From positions 60,452,001-60,516,000 of the forward strand of contig NC_086097.1 in the NCBI RefSeq assembly GCF_963921235.1: a stretch of DNA of 64,000 bases, written 5' to 3'. Below the pieces are notes generated by a model, which worked only from the letters and a program-made list of their open reading frames with translations, was not told the origin of the DNA and did no database searches. A program made the translations under genes and the position numbers. Positions 12,279 through 25,529 of this stretch are shown piece by piece. Numbering within the stretch: the first letter of the stretch is position 1; the number at the start of each line of letters is the position of its first letter. This stretch comes from Mobula hypostoma (lineage: Eukaryota).

Positions 12279-12829
12279 CCAATCTGTAACTCTGTATTGT
12301 GTCATAATAGATCATTAATCATTTCTCACATCATGCAAGTGCTGAGTCCACTTCATTTAAAATGACTAATCCCAAATTATTTTGTGGAAAGAAAGGATTG
12401 CAATCTATTTACAAAGCAAGATAAAATCCATCACATGTGGTTCTTTATCAGGCTTCAGCATTTCCTAACCCATCGCTTTCCAGAAGGTAACGACATAGCT
12501 CTAAGCCGAACTGCACTGAGGCATATAATTACAAACTTAACCCATTCATTTTCTCTTTTCCTCCTTCATTTGATTTTTAATTCCTTAATCCTTTGCTGGT
12601 TTATCTGTGATTACTTTTCCTTGTTGTTATAAATGCACCTCACAGATGGAACTGAGTCCTTGCACTCTACTACTACTGCAAAACAACAGATTCCGTAAGT
12701 AAACTTGCTTCTGTCTTTGTCAGAAAGAAATGACTCAGCAGGCCAAGCAGCATCTGTGGGAAGAGAAAAGATTAACATTGTTGGCATAGTAATGCATCTG
12801 GTAAGGTTGCTGCCCCACATCTGGCTTCC

Positions 12830-13087
12830 AGTGGACTTTGTACATTCTCCCTGTGACCAAGTAGGTTTCATCCACTTGCTCTGGTGTCACCCCACGTGCC
12901 ACATCCCAAAGGCATGTGGATTGGTACATTTTCCGGCCACTGTAAATTGTCCCTAGTTGTGTGAGTGAGGAATCAAACTCTGGGGAAACTGATGAGGAAG
13001 TGGGGAAAATAAATTGAGATTAGTGTAAATGGGTTCCAGCTGGTTGGTGTGCACCCAGTGGGCCGGTGGACCCGTTTCTGTGCAGTA
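12830..13087 (+). mobile_element. V-domain (HE1-like) SINE, 5'-truncated
   Basis: TTTGTACATTCTCCCTGTGACC...CCACATCCCAAAGGC...GTAAATTGTCCCTAG with CR1-like tail GGGCCG..CCGTTTCTGTGC. Confidence 0.65.
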
Positions 13088-13270
13088 AGTTTAAATAATG
13101 TGGATCAGAGCACGAAAGCTAAACTTTATTTCTCTTTTCAAACTTCGAAGTAAATTTATTATCAAAGTATCATTATATACTACCTTGAGATTCACAGATG
13201 TTTTCAGACATGCTGAGTGCTTCTAGCATTTTCTATTTTGTATTTCTGATTTCCAGCATCTGCAATATAT

Positions 13271-14092
13271 CAAGCAGTAGTAAGTCAAAGCAACTGGGCT
13301 TGCTGTGTTGTCTAGAGGCTATTTTGCTACTCATCCATATGGTTTCTTCAGTTCTGATCCATAGTGGGTAGTTTCCAGCTTATAAACTGAGTTGTTTAAA
13401 GGTATAGCGATCACATGTGGGTCGTTAAAAGCCACAGAGGTAATGAGAGGTTCATTAGCCTTGTCTTTGCATGAATGGAAGTGTGAACTGTTGTGGAGAT
13501 GCTGGGGTAGAGATGTTAGGACAGCATTGTAAGTAGCTAATCCTATCCATTCTATAAGCAGCAGAGCCCATCCCCTCTGTCAGGGATGAGTTTTCCAGTT
13601 TGACAAAGATGACTTCTTTAACTCCTCTTTCAAACCAGCTGCCCACCACACCCCCCATCCAAAATGTGCACATTGTTGTCATCGAAGGAGTGTTCCTTGT
13701 CCTTTAGGTGTAGATAATACAGCAGAGTCTTGACATAGTCCTCGTATGTTTGGGCCATCCATTTGTGAAGTGTTTGTTTTGTCTCACTGATATACAGATC
13801 TGTGCAGTTCCCATTGCATTGGATAGCATTTACAATATTGGATAGCATATACAATAAAGACTAATGACCCTCTCATTACCTCTATGGCTCTTAATGACCC
13901 TCATGTGAGTGCTGTACCTCTAAACAACTCACAGAGTTTATAAGCCGGAAAACTACCCACCATGATTCAGAACTGAAGAAGCCTCTCGAAAGAGTGGCAA
14001 ATCATTTTGTAGACAACACAGCAAATCCAGTTGCCTTGATTTACTACTGCTCGTTATATAATGTCCTGGATGACTGAGAGCTTTCACAGACA
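13271..14092 (-). mobile_element. Penelope-like element (Poseidon-type) GIY-YIG fragment between inverted terminal repeats
   Basis: Minus ORFs NIVNAIQC..CTDLYISETKQ, HLKDKEHSF and WFERGVKE. Inverted arms ~13271-13462 and ~13857-14053, each with a CTGAAGA hammerhead-type core. Confidence 0.85.
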
Positions 14093-14337
14093 TGTAGCAT
14101 CTGCAGTGTTTTTCAAATTTCCATTCAATATTGTTTGAAGACTTGGCATATGGATATGGCATCAATCAATGTGAGTTGGACAGACAAATGCCCTAGAATT
14201 TCTGTACCTCATCTGAAAGGATATGATACAAAGTCCCAATACCATCAAAACACTCAGGCATTTCATCATTCCCCAGATCTTCCTGGCCTGGTACATGGCC
14301 CAGAATTGATACTGACAGATTACTCTTAACCTGGTAC

Positions 14338-15538
14338 AGGTTCAGAATCAGGTTTAATATCACTGACATATGTCATGAAATTTGTTATTTTATGGCAGCA
14401 ATATATAATTAAATCAAATTAAATTAAGTAGAGCAAAAAAGAGAAGAAATATCATCAGATAGTGTATATGGGTTCATTGTCCATTCAAATATCTAATGGC
14501 AGAGGGAAAGATGTTGTTCCTAAAATATTGAATATGTGTCTTCAGGCTCCTATACCTCCTCCTTGATGGTAGCAGTGAGAAGAGGCCATGTCCTGGGTGA
14601 TAGGGTCCTTCCTTACTGATGGATGGCGCCTTTTGAAGATGCCTTCGGTGCTGGGGAGGCTAGTGCCCATGATGGAGCTGACTGAGTTTGCAACTTTCTG
14701 CAGCTATTTCTGATCCTGTGCTGTGACCCCTCCATAGCAAATGGTAAGGCAACCAACCAGAACGCTTTCCACAGTATCTCTGTTGAAATTGGTGAGTCTT
14801 TGGTGTCATACCAAATCTCCTCAAACTCCTAATGGAATATAGCCACTGTTATGCCTGCTTTGTATGTGGGCACATGGCCAAGTAGTTAAGGCATTGGACT
14901 AGCTACCTGAAGGTCGTGAGTTCGAGCCCCAGCCGAGGGAACATGTTGTGTCCTTGAGCAAGGCACTTAATCACACATTGCTCTGTGACGACACTGGTGC
15001 CAAACTGTATGGGTCCTAATGCCCTTCCCTTGGACAACATTGGTGTCGAAGAGAGGAGAGACTTGCAGCATGGGCAACTGCTGGTCTTCCATACAACCTT
15101 GCCCAGGCCTGCGCCCTGGAGAGTGAAGACTTTCCAAGCGCAGATCCATGGTCTCGCAAGACTAACGGATGCCTTTTTAAAAATTTTTTATGCCTGCTTT
15201 GTAATTGCATCAACATGTTGGGTCCAGGATAAATCTACAGAGATGTTAACACTCAGGAACATGAAACTGCTCACTCTTTCCACTGCTGATCCCTCAATGA
15301 AGACTGGTGTGTGCTCCCTCAACTTCCCCTTCCTGGAGTCCATAGTCGATTCCTTGCTCTTACTGATGTCGAGTGTGCGGTTGTAATTGTGACACCATTC
15401 AACCAGCTGATTTGTCTCACTCCTGTACACCTCCCCGTCATCATATGAAATTCCGCCAGCAATCATTGTGTCATCGGCAAATTTATAGATTGTGTTTGAG
15501 TTGTGCCTAGCCACACATCGTGGATGTAGAGAGAGTAG
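14338..15538 (-). mobile_element. Rex1/Babar LINE RT fragment
   Basis: ORF 15188-15514 NTIYKFADDTMIAG..LVEWCHNYNRTLDISKSKE; tail TAAACCTGATTCTGA. Confidence 0.9.
14865..15187 (+). mobile_element. Full-length tRNA-derived SINE inserted in Rex1
   Basis: A box TGGCCAAGTAG, B box GAGTTCGAGCC. 16-bp TSD TTATGCCTGCTTTGTA (14849-14864, 15188-15203). Confidence 0.9.
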
Positions 15539-16547
15539 GTCAAACCCCTACCCCTAGAGAGGCTTGCTATAAACATTGTGAAAGATCTTTTATATATCTG
15601 CAATCATTGACATTTAAAATCTATTAACACTGAAATAAATAATTTAAACATTAAAATTCAGAAAAATTAAAGATTACTAAATGTCAACTGGAAGCACCTG
15701 TAGCAGTTATAAATAATTAAATTACAAAACTAATGCAAAAATAATCATTTTAGGAACTAACAAACTTTTGACTTTGATCCTAGGCTAAAGCACAGCCATC
15801 CCTTTGAAATCAACGGGCTCTTAGATCCTTCACCAGCCCATGCAGGGTATTCATCGAGACTGGGCTCCAGTTGCTTGACTCCACCTGGGATCAGAATTCA
15901 GTGTGAGAACTATGTAAATAAATGGTATTTCAAATCTGTCATTAAATCTGAGACAAAGGAATGCTTATGATGAATGAAGTCACAGTCACAAGTGCATGAA
16001 CCATAAGAGGAGAAGTAGATCACCAGACCCCTCTTGCCTTTCAGTCATTCTGCATGATCATGCCTGTCTGCCCAGGCCTCATTTCCTATTCTGTGCCGGT
16101 TTTCACAGTCTCAAGCACTGATCTGTTAAAATGTTTCTATTTTCTCTTTAAATTCCTACAGTGATCAAGACTTCACTACCCTCCATGGTAGCAGCTTCCA
16201 TTTACCTCTGCAATTAAAAATGTCTATGTATCTTGATTTTAAATAACTGTCCACTTATCTTGTAATGACTGGAGATTGTTCCCTTTAGTAGTGAATTTCA
16301 GCAACTATTCTGTTATGCACACTGAGGGGAGTGGGAGTATGGATGGTGAATTAAAGTGACAGGTAACTGGAACTCAGTATCTCCCATACAATCTGCTTAT
16401 CAGTCACTAAAAACAATAAAGATAATTTGGTCATTCAGATGAAAATGATCGGCAGAGGATGCACTTCTTGCAGCAATTTGTAAAATTCCATCTCCTGCAA
16501 AACATAGTGGTGCAATTTTACATTGCCATCATAGAGAATGAGGTGTC

Positions 16548-17008
16548 TAGGGAGGGGTAGCACCTCTGGTGAGGGGGCCTGCCGTGCCCTTTTTCAGGGC
16601 AGCTCGTCCACCTTTGGTCCCCACCTGGTGCTCAGCTCTCACCTGTGGCTCCAAGTAGCTGTAACACGCTTAACAGCCACATGCCGGTAAACCGTCTCGG
16701 CAGACGGGCCAAACCAGGTGAGGGTGGCCGACGGGTCTTCGACCCTCGGTAGGTGGGGGATCTGCCTGTCCCAGCGTGTGAAGTCTGGCCCTGGCAGATT
16801 GAGTGGAAGAGGCCGATTAATGGTCCAACAGTCAAGAAGGCAGGCCAGCAGGCATTGTGGAGCGCTGAGAACATGACAAGGCACGTAGACATCGTAGTCA
16901 TCCACTGCAAGAAGTGGTGATCTCTTTAAACTCACCCAGCAGAAGGCAAAGGCAAACCACCGCTGAAACCGGCGACGTACTTGATTTCCCAATATGTCAG
17001 AGTGGCAT
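16548..17008 (+). mobile_element. GC-rich repeat, probably RTE-LINE-derived (5' UTR-like part plus GGCAAACCAC tail-like motif)
   Basis: Sharp GC/CpG rise against the AT-rich flank, many hairpins, GGCAAACCAC motif. Family assignment is tentative. Confidence 0.4.
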
Positions 17009-17795
17009 TAAGAACATAAGAACATAAGAAATAGGAGCAGGAGTAGGCCATCTGGCCCATCGAGTCTGCCCCGTCATTCAATAAGATCATGGCTGATCTG
17101 TCTGCAAACTCAGCTCCATCTACCTGCCTTTTCCCCATAATCCTTAATTCCCCTACTATGTAAAAATCTATCTAACTGTTTCTTAAATATATTTAGTGAA
17201 GAAGCTTCAACTGCTTCCCTGGGCAGAGAATTCCAGAGATTCACCACTCTCTGGGGAAAAACAGTTTCTCCTCATCTCCATCTTAAATCTTCTTCCCTGA
17301 ATCTTGAGGCAATGTCCCCTAGTTCTAGTCTCACCTACCAACAGAAACAACTTTTCTACTTCTATCCTAATCTATCCCTTTCAAAATGTTGTATGTTTCT
17401 ATGAGATCCCCTCTCATTCTTCTGAACTCCAGAGAGTACAGTCCCAGGCAACTCAATCTCTTCTCATAGGTTAACCCATTCATCCCTGGAATCAGCCTGG
17501 TGAACCTCCTCTGCACTGCCTCCAAAGTCAGTATATCCTTCCTCAAGTATGGAGACCAGAACTGCACGCAGTACTCCAGGTGCGGCCTCACCAGTACCCT
17601 GTATAGTTGCAGCATGACCTCCCTGCTTTGAATTCAATCCCTCTAGCAATGAAGGCCAACATTCCGTTTGTCTTCTTAATAACCTGTTGTACCTGCAAGC
17701 CGACTTTTTGTGATTCATACACAAGCACTCCCAAGTCCCCCTGCACAACAGCATGCTACATTTAAATAATAATCTGCTCTTCTATTATTCCTTCT
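17009..17795 (-). mobile_element. CR1 LINE 3' fragment
   Basis: [39 protein letters not shown]; (TTCTTATG)n tail; close relative of 4096-5412. Confidence 0.95.
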
Positions 17796-18184
17796 AACAT
17801 GAATAGCCTCCCAGCCAGCCTGGTGACATCACTAATGCCAGGCCAACCAATCCCACAGTTTTAGTGGGGATCAGAAAAGTGAGAGTTCTCACCAAGCAGA
17901 GCCCTAGACTTTTGTGGAGAGCTTTCTTTAAGGTCAGTGGTGAACACCATTGCTCCTCTACTGACAGAACTTCAAGAAATCTAAAGCCCAGAATGTATGA
18001 CCTGACCATTTATCAGCACAAGAATAGTAGAACAAAAGTGATCATGTATTCAGGCCTGGTTGTTTAGTGCAGCATAAAGTCAGCTCATTAGCCAATCTGA
18101 CAAAAATCCATTTACCTACCTTTTCCCTGTCACTTCCTGATATCTTTTATTTTTTTTTCAACTTCTAAGATTGAATTCAGAGGG

Positions 18185-21100
18185 ATACAACACAGGAACG
18201 AGGCCTTTGCCCAATGAGCTCACGTTGCCCAATTAACCTACTAACCCGTATGCCCTTGGACTTTGGGAGGAAATGTGAGATTATACAGTTTAATACATGG
18301 CTAAGGAGTTGATGTAGGAGGGAGTGCATAAAATTTTTGGATCATTGGGCTCCCTTCCAGGGAAGGTGGGACCCGTACAGGAGGGACAATTTGCACCTGA
18401 ACTGAAGAGGGATTAATATCTAGCAGGAAGGTTGTTAATGCTACACAGTGGGGTTTAAACTAGAGTTGCAGGGGTATGGGAACCAGACTGCCAGAAGAGT
18501 TAGTGGAGAGTTTGTAGAGGCAGATTTTTGTTAGACCTCAGACAAAGTTAGGAATTAAAAGGTTGAGCATTGTGCGACTAGTGTCCTGAGATGAGGTGGC
18601 TAGTTTACAAACAGAGGAATGTTTAATGAGGAGCGGCTGTTGATTGTGCAAAATTGCAGTCAGCAGGATGAGTTGCAACATAAAAGGCGGACAAAATCAA
18701 AAAGGGTGAAAACAGGACCGAAAGTGTTATATTTGAAAGCGCACACAATACAGAATCAGGTGGATAAACTTGCAGCACAGTTGCAGGGGGGCAGGTAGGA
18801 TGTTGTAAGTATCACCGAATCTTGGCTGAAAGAAGATTATAGCTGGCTTAATATCCAAGGATACACGTTGTATTGAAAAGACAGGCAGGTAGGCAGAGGG
18901 GGTGGCATTAAAAATGAAATCGAATCATTAGAAAGGGGTGATATAGGGTCAGAAGATGCTGAATGATTATGGATGGAGTGAAGAAAACGCAAGGGTAGAA
19001 AGACCTGGATGGGTGTTGTATACAGACCCCCAAATGGTAGTAAGGCTGTGGTCTACAAATTACAAGGGGAGATGGGAAATGCATAACAAAAGGGCAATGT
19101 TACAATAGTCACGGGATATTTCAATATGCAGGTAGATTGGGTTCATATTCCTAAAATCAGGTTGGTGCTGGATTCCAGGAGGGGGAATTTCTAGAGTACA
19201 TACAAGATGGTATTTTAGATCAGCTCATGGTTGAGCCCTCTAGAGTATCAGCTATTTCGGACTGTTGTGCAGTGAAGAGAGCTAAAGTCAGATGTATCAG
19301 TATTACAGTGGAGTAAAGGGAACTACAGAGGCACAAGAGAAGAATTGGCCAGAATTGATTGGAAAAGGACACTGGCAGGGATGACTGCAGAGCAGCAATA
19401 GCTGGAATTTCTGGAAGCAATTTGAAAGACACAGGATATGTACATCCCAAAGAGGTAGAAGTATTCTAAAGGAAAGATGACACAACAATGGCTAACGAGA
19501 TAAGTCAAAAGCAACATAAAAGTCAAAGAGAGGGCATATAATAGAGCAAAACTTAGTGGGAAGTTAGACGATTGGGAGGCTCTTAAAAACCTGCAGAAGT
19601 CAACTAAAAAGTCATTAAGAATATAAAGATGTAATATGCAAGTAAGTTAGCCAATACAATTTAAGAGGATGTCAAATGTTTCTTCAGACACAAAAAAAGG
19701 CAAGGGTGGATATCAAACAGCTGGAAACAATGCCGGAGGGTTATGCTGGGGGACAACAAAATGGTGGGCAAACTGAATAAGTATCTTGCATCAGTCTTTA
19801 CTGTGTAGTGTGGTGTAAATTTCAGGCATCAGACGTCATGAAGTGTGTGAAGTTACCATAACTAGAGAGAAGGTTCTTGGGAAACTGGAGTGTTTGAAGA
19901 TAAATAAGTCACCTGGACCAGATGGTGTACACCCCAGGATTCTGAAAGAGGTAGCTGAAGAAATCGATGAGGCATTAGTAATGATCTTTCAAGAATCACT
20001 AGATTCTGGAACGGATCTGGAAGACTGGAAAATTGCAAATGTCACTCCACTCTTGAACAAGGGAGAGTAGCAGAAGAAAGGAAACTATAGGCCAATTAGT
20101 CTGACTGCAGTGGTTGGGAAGATGTTGGAGTGAAATAATAAGGGTGAGGTTTCAGAGTACTTGAAGGCACATGATAAAATAAGCTGTAGTTAGCATTGTT
20201 TCCTCAGGAGAAAATCTTGCCTGACAAATCTGTTGGAAATTCTTTGAAGAAATAACAAGCAGGATAGACAAAGGATCGGTTGATATTGTGTACGTGGATT
20301 TTCAGAAGGCCGTTGACAAGGTGACATACATGAGGCTGCTTAACAACATGTATTACAGACAACAGGTATTACAGAAAGATTTTAGAATGGATAAAGCAGT
20401 GGTTTGATTGGTAGGAGGCAGAATGGGAATAAAGGGAGCCTTTTCTGGTTGGCTGCCGGTGACTAGTGGTGTTACACAGGGCCTGTTTTGGGACAGATTC
20501 TTTTTACATTATATGTCAATGATTTGGATGATGGAATTGATGGCTTCGTTGCAAATTTTGCAGACTATATGAAGATAGGTGGAGGGGCAGGTGGTTTTGA
20601 GGAGGTAGATAGGCCACAGAAGAACATAGACAAATTAGGAGAATGGTCAAAGAAGTGGCAGATGGAATACAGTGTTGGGAAGTGCATAGTCATGCATTTT
20701 GGTAGAAGAAATGAAAGGGTTGACTATTTTCTAACTGGAGAGAAAGTACAAAAACCTGAAGTGCAAAGGATCTTGGGAGTACTTCTGCAGTATTCCCTGA
20801 AGGTTAACTTGCAGGTTCATTCTGTGGTGAGGAAGGCAAATGCAATGTTAGCGTTCATTTTAAGAAAACTAGAATATAGAAGCAAGTATGTAATGTTGAA
20901 ACTTTAGAAAGTACTAATGAGGCCTCACTTGGAGTATTGTCAGCAGTTTTTGGTCCCTTAGAAAGGATGTGCTGAAACTGAAAAGGGTTCAAAGGAAGTT
21001 CACGAAAATACTGTTGTATGAAGAACATTTGATGGCCTAGGTGTGTATTCACTAGAATTCAGAAGAACGAGGGGTGACCTAATTGAAAACTGTTGAATGG

Positions 21101-21528
21101 CAAAAGGCCTAGATAGAGTGGATGTAGAGAGGATGTTTCCAGTGTGGAAGAGTCTGAGACCAGAGGGGACAGCTTCCAAATAAAGGGACATGTTTTTAGA
21201 ACGAAGATGAGGAACTTCTTTAGCAAGAGAGTAGTGAATCTGTGGAACTCTTTACCGCAGGCAACTTTGGAGGCCAAGGCTTTATGTACACTTAAGGCAG
21301 AGCTTGATAGATTCTTGATTGGTTAGGGCATGAAGGGATACGGGGAGAAGGCAGGAGACGGGGGTTGAGAGGAAAATTGGATCGGCCATGATGAAATGGC
21401 AAAGCAGACTTGATGGGCCAAATGGCTTAATTATACTCCTATATTTTATGAAACTGGCATACCTGGAGGAAACACACAGTCACAGGAAGAACCTACGAAC
21501 TCCCTACAGATGGTGATGGGAATTGAAT
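18185..21528 (-). mobile_element. V-domain SINE split by CR1 (pieces ~18185-18273 and ~21450-21528)
   Basis: CTAACCCGTATGCCCTTGGACTTTGGGAGGAAA | GAAACTGGCATACCTGGAGGAAAC rejoins across the CR1. Confidence 0.6.
18279..21447 (+). mobile_element. CR1 LINE: end of ORF1 esterase, decayed ORF2 endonuclease and RT, 3' UTR
   Basis: Motifs KSPGPDGVHPRILKE, DWKIANVTPL, LYVNDLDDG..FADYMKIGG and FFSKRVVNLWNSLP; many stops and frameshifts. Confidence 0.95.
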
Positions 21529-21564
21529 GTGGAGGGAAATCGTCAGCCCACTGGAAATTCCAGA

Positions 21565-22112
21565 TGCGACGTACAACGACGATCATAGAGAATATCCTCA
21601 CATCAGCCATGACTGTCTGGACAGCAGAAAAGGTCATTGTGGCAATCTACCTTTACTGCAGGACCTGTGTCCAGGACAAAGAAGCAGGCAAAAAAAATCA
21701 TTGCAGACACTACCCACTCTGTAAGCTGCCTTTTCCAAAAGCTCCCTTCTGGAAAGCAAAGAGTTCACACCTTCTTAAAAGCTCCTATCCCCAGGCAGTT
21801 AGTCTGTTTTACCATTCTAGTTTGCTTCTTTCCTGCCCTGTCTGTCTGTTACCCTATCACTGCATTGCACTGTGAACACTTTATAATACTGATAACATTG
21901 TAAATATAAGCTGGTATTCATGTATCTATGCACATTTTAATCCATATCAGTACTTTAATCTCTAACTTTATTTTCATATAATTCTTTATTCTTTACATTT
22001 GTTGAATGTTGTTTTTAGTTGCATGTTGTGCCCTGTCCAACACACCACAGCAAATTCCTATTGCATGTAACTGTATATGGTGAATAAAGGTAATCCTTGA
22101 TCCTTGATCCTT
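21565..22112 (+). mobile_element. Rex1/Babar-like 3' fragment
   Basis: IIENILTSAMTVW and KKIIADTTHS..LFQKLPSG; tail AATAAAG..(ATCCTTG)n. Confidence 0.7.
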
Positions 22113-22530
22113 GAGCAGGTGATTTGCTATTTTATCTGGAATGATTGTTTGGTCCATGAGTAGCGTTGAGGGAAGAGTTAAAAGACTTGCTGTTTCATCT
22201 CCCGCAGTTGTGTCTCCAAGTAAAGGAAGGGGTTGCAGCTGGTGGAGCTGAGCAGCCAGTTGTGCAGCCAACAGCCCTTTCAAATTCTGAAAGGGGGGAT
22301 GAGAGAAAATTGTGTTTGGCAGTGGAATCTCGTTGAAAGCAGAGGAAATTGCAGACGATGACCTGTTGAATCCCAAGAGTGGTGGGCTGGAAGATGAGAA
22401 CCAGGAAGAACTTATCCTTGCTCTGATTGGGAGGAAGGTGGGCGAGACCAGAGGTGGTGGTAAGCAGATAAAACATTCTTCTACCTGTGTAGTTGGGTAG
22501 GCATGTTTCAGGAAAAAAAGGAGGACATCT
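22113..22530 (-). mobile_element. Old Penelope-like fragment (RT-endonuclease linker)
   Basis: ORF 22195-22476 KDKFFLVLIFQPTTLGIQQVIVCNF..QRDSTAKHNFLSSPLSEF resembles the linker at the start of the 45390 element. Confidence 0.65.
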
Positions 22531-23732
22531 CAGAATGGTTAACGTAGTGAAGAAATGAAGTTAAGATTATCAGAATAAATGTTGGTGATCCCAAGAGCCA
22601 ACACATGGAGAAGGAGAAATAAATTATTGAGCAAGCACCAGGATGACCATGCATTGGATTTTAAAGTGCAATATTTTTTAACTGTTTGAGTTTTGTAAAA
22701 GAATTCTGCTAAAAGTTAATAGTGTAGTTGGTACTACTACTAATCAAGTACTGTATATTCAAATCATCATTATCACCACTTAATTGAAGGTCTAATTATG
22801 GCTTGATATTTGGTGCCATTATAAATTAAGAAACACAAACCTACACATATGGTAAATATCTTTCCCATAGAGGGAGCTATTGTAATAGATCAGAAATACC
22901 CTTGAGCAAATCAGGAACTCAGATTGGTGTATTAATTTACCATATTATTTTTGTTAGATGGTCTAGATTTTGTTGCCGGAGATCAATAAAAATTAGATCT
23001 CTTGGACAATAGAAACACACACACAATTGAAGTAGTAGATAAACAAAAAATGCTTCGGTGTAGAGGTTTAAATTTTGATGAAAAATACTGTTTTGGTATT
23101 CAATGCCAACGGAAAAGTAAAGTTATTTGACAAATGGTGTATTATTTTGAAGACAAATCGAATATCATGTAAAAATTCTTGGAAACAAAAGTTATATCCT
23201 GAATGTTGATAGCTTTTTGATAAATATGAGAAGTGATGATTTATATATACATTTATCTTTTGCTTTGCCATTAGCTGCACTGTTGTCCTTATAATCAGTT
23301 ATTCTGTTGTTTTGGCAGTTCATATAGTGATTCCATTTCTTATCAATGACTAAGTAATACATTATTTGAAGTTAATTTGATACCAGGATACCAGAAGGCA
23401 ACATTGACCTTGACTGTTCCATTGTATAGTTAATATTCTTGTGTATCAAATGCATCAATGTAAAATCCCCTCTTCAAATCCATCTTGTTAATTTAAGAAG
23501 TAGACAGTAGAACTTACAAAACTGTACGTCCTATTGATGCAGATGCAATTTGCTTCTCCTACTAAGACTGAAAGCGTATCAGTTGGAAGGGGATGTTTTG
23601 GGTACCTATATGCAGAGCTCATTCATTGAAAAGAGAATGTGATTAACAGCTGTAGAATAACAAGGAGTGGTCAGTTATATTGTGTTGGTATTATTTCGAG
23701 GGCGGTAATTCAGGGTAGTTCAGGACCAGGTT

Positions 23733-24089
23733 TGTTACGGTACACACCCGACTGCTCCACCTTCTGGGATCTAGGTACCCTGATTCTCCAGAGCACAGAT
23801 AGCTAGTACAATCCTTTTAAAGATTCTGGCCTGCTGTGTAAACTGGAGACCATGTTTTGGCATCAAGATTTGGTTATTTTAAAAACACCTGAACTCAGCT
23901 TCGTGCTCAACCGTGAACTCAACTTTGGTTCAGTCTGCAATTGCATTCAGGATTTCTGTCTCATCTGGATTTTCATCTAGTGTCTGTCAAGAGCCCTGTT
24001 CTCTTCTGAATCACAAAATCCTGTCTTGATTCTAGTCTCTGATACTCCAGCACTTGGTTCCTTACCACCCTCACCCAGGCTTCGTCACA
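23733..24089 (+). mobile_element. Solo LTR (Gypsy-type)
   Basis: TGTTACG...CGTCACA. Flanks AGGTT / AGGCT (5-bp TSD, one mismatch). Subterminal GCACTTGGTTCC resembles the ends of the LTRs at 34010 and 44393. Confidence 0.7.
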
Positions 24090-24123
24090 AGGCTTTATTT
24101 CCTATCGATAAATTCAACACGTA

Positions 24124-24717
24124 TGTCACACTGTGGTTCCGTCAGCTGCGTAAGTCTAGGAAAGACAATCTCCAGCTTCGTCAAACTTGGGAAATTAAGG
24201 TGCAAGTCCCACCCACCCGCCCCCCGATCCTCCTGTTTGTGTGGATGCTGCATGATTTGTTACCTTATTTCAAATAAGTACCTTGAAATAACAGACAGTA
24301 CACTACATACAATTAAAAGATTTAGCTTTATCATTATTAATTTGACTAAAGGGTTAGTAAAGTAAAAACAAAAAAAAATAAAAAGTGTGCAGTTTAATGA
24401 AACAGTCTAATGTGTACAAGTTGGAGCTCATGGTTTCCCCTTCACCGATCCTCCCTCAATCTCCCCAGGCTTCGTTGAATTGTGGCCCCACTCTGGGTCG
24501 ACTCCTATGACCTCTCCTCTCTGGAATCTTCTTTCTTCTTCCCCAATGAAGCCCCAGAAACCTCCCCTAAATCTAGCCATCCTAATTGGATGGGATGCAG
24601 CTCTCCTATTTCTTATCTTCAATAGCAACCCAAACAAGCAGTGTGCACAAAACAGAACAGCATACCAAAGAAAAAATTACAAACCATCGGAAACAGACCA
24701 AGGCAATATGTGTATAA
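24124..24717 (-). mobile_element. LTR-like repeat
   Basis: Begins TGTCACAC with a composition shift; the other end and a TSD could not be resolved. Confidence 0.4.
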
Positions 24718-25529
24718 TAAATATTCCAAGCACATTCAGGATATGGCAAAGTTTGACTTTAAAGAGAACATCAAATTCATGTAGTATAATCACAAAAATG
24801 ACAAACAGCAGATGCTTATGGTGGTTAAAATGTTTTAGTCATGTTGCTTTATGTCTAATAAGAAGTGTAAGAGGTGACTAATATGGGTGTATTGAAGGTG
24901 AATCTGAGTAAAATAACATGGGATGTAAGATTTTAACTTTCCTCCACAATCAAGGAATGGGTCGAGAAAGTAAGCAGCTTTATTTGTTCATAAGGAAATG
25001 ACAGTCATTGCAATTATCACAAGATACTGCAAAATCAACATAATGACTGTGACAATTCTCTCAGAATGGATTGATCAGAAATAAGTAAACAGTGAAATGT
25101 CTCAACTTCACACCTGATCTGCTGTGCTCTTATATTTATCATTTCTCTTCTTCTGTTTATCCAAAACTAAGATTGAGTCCACCTCAAAGAAGTTTCTACT
25201 AGCTGTCTGCTTTATATCCTTATTAATAAAATGTAATCTCCTGTTTTAAGGGTTTGCAATTTCCCCCTTTCCATCATTATCCTAATGACCTCAGCCTGTC
25301 ATTGAACCAATCACAAATCAACTCCTTGATCTGGTTATGCAGTTGTAACCCCATCCTCATCTTTGATCTCAGCAGAAGCAGCTCACTTGACTTAAAAAAG
25401 AATAGTCTCAACTATTCTTTGTTTCCTTAAATGATTCCCTCTTGACACAAAATATTGCATCAGGAAGTAATTAATTGGCAGTGCTATTACATCACATAGC
25501 TAATATTTTTGCATAAGAAATACACTATG

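Noticed and set aside
14868..14945. tRNA gene
   Set aside because: A/B boxes are present but continue into a SINE body with a 16-bp TSD; no complete cloverleaf. The same applies to 1-126, 39662 and 47993.
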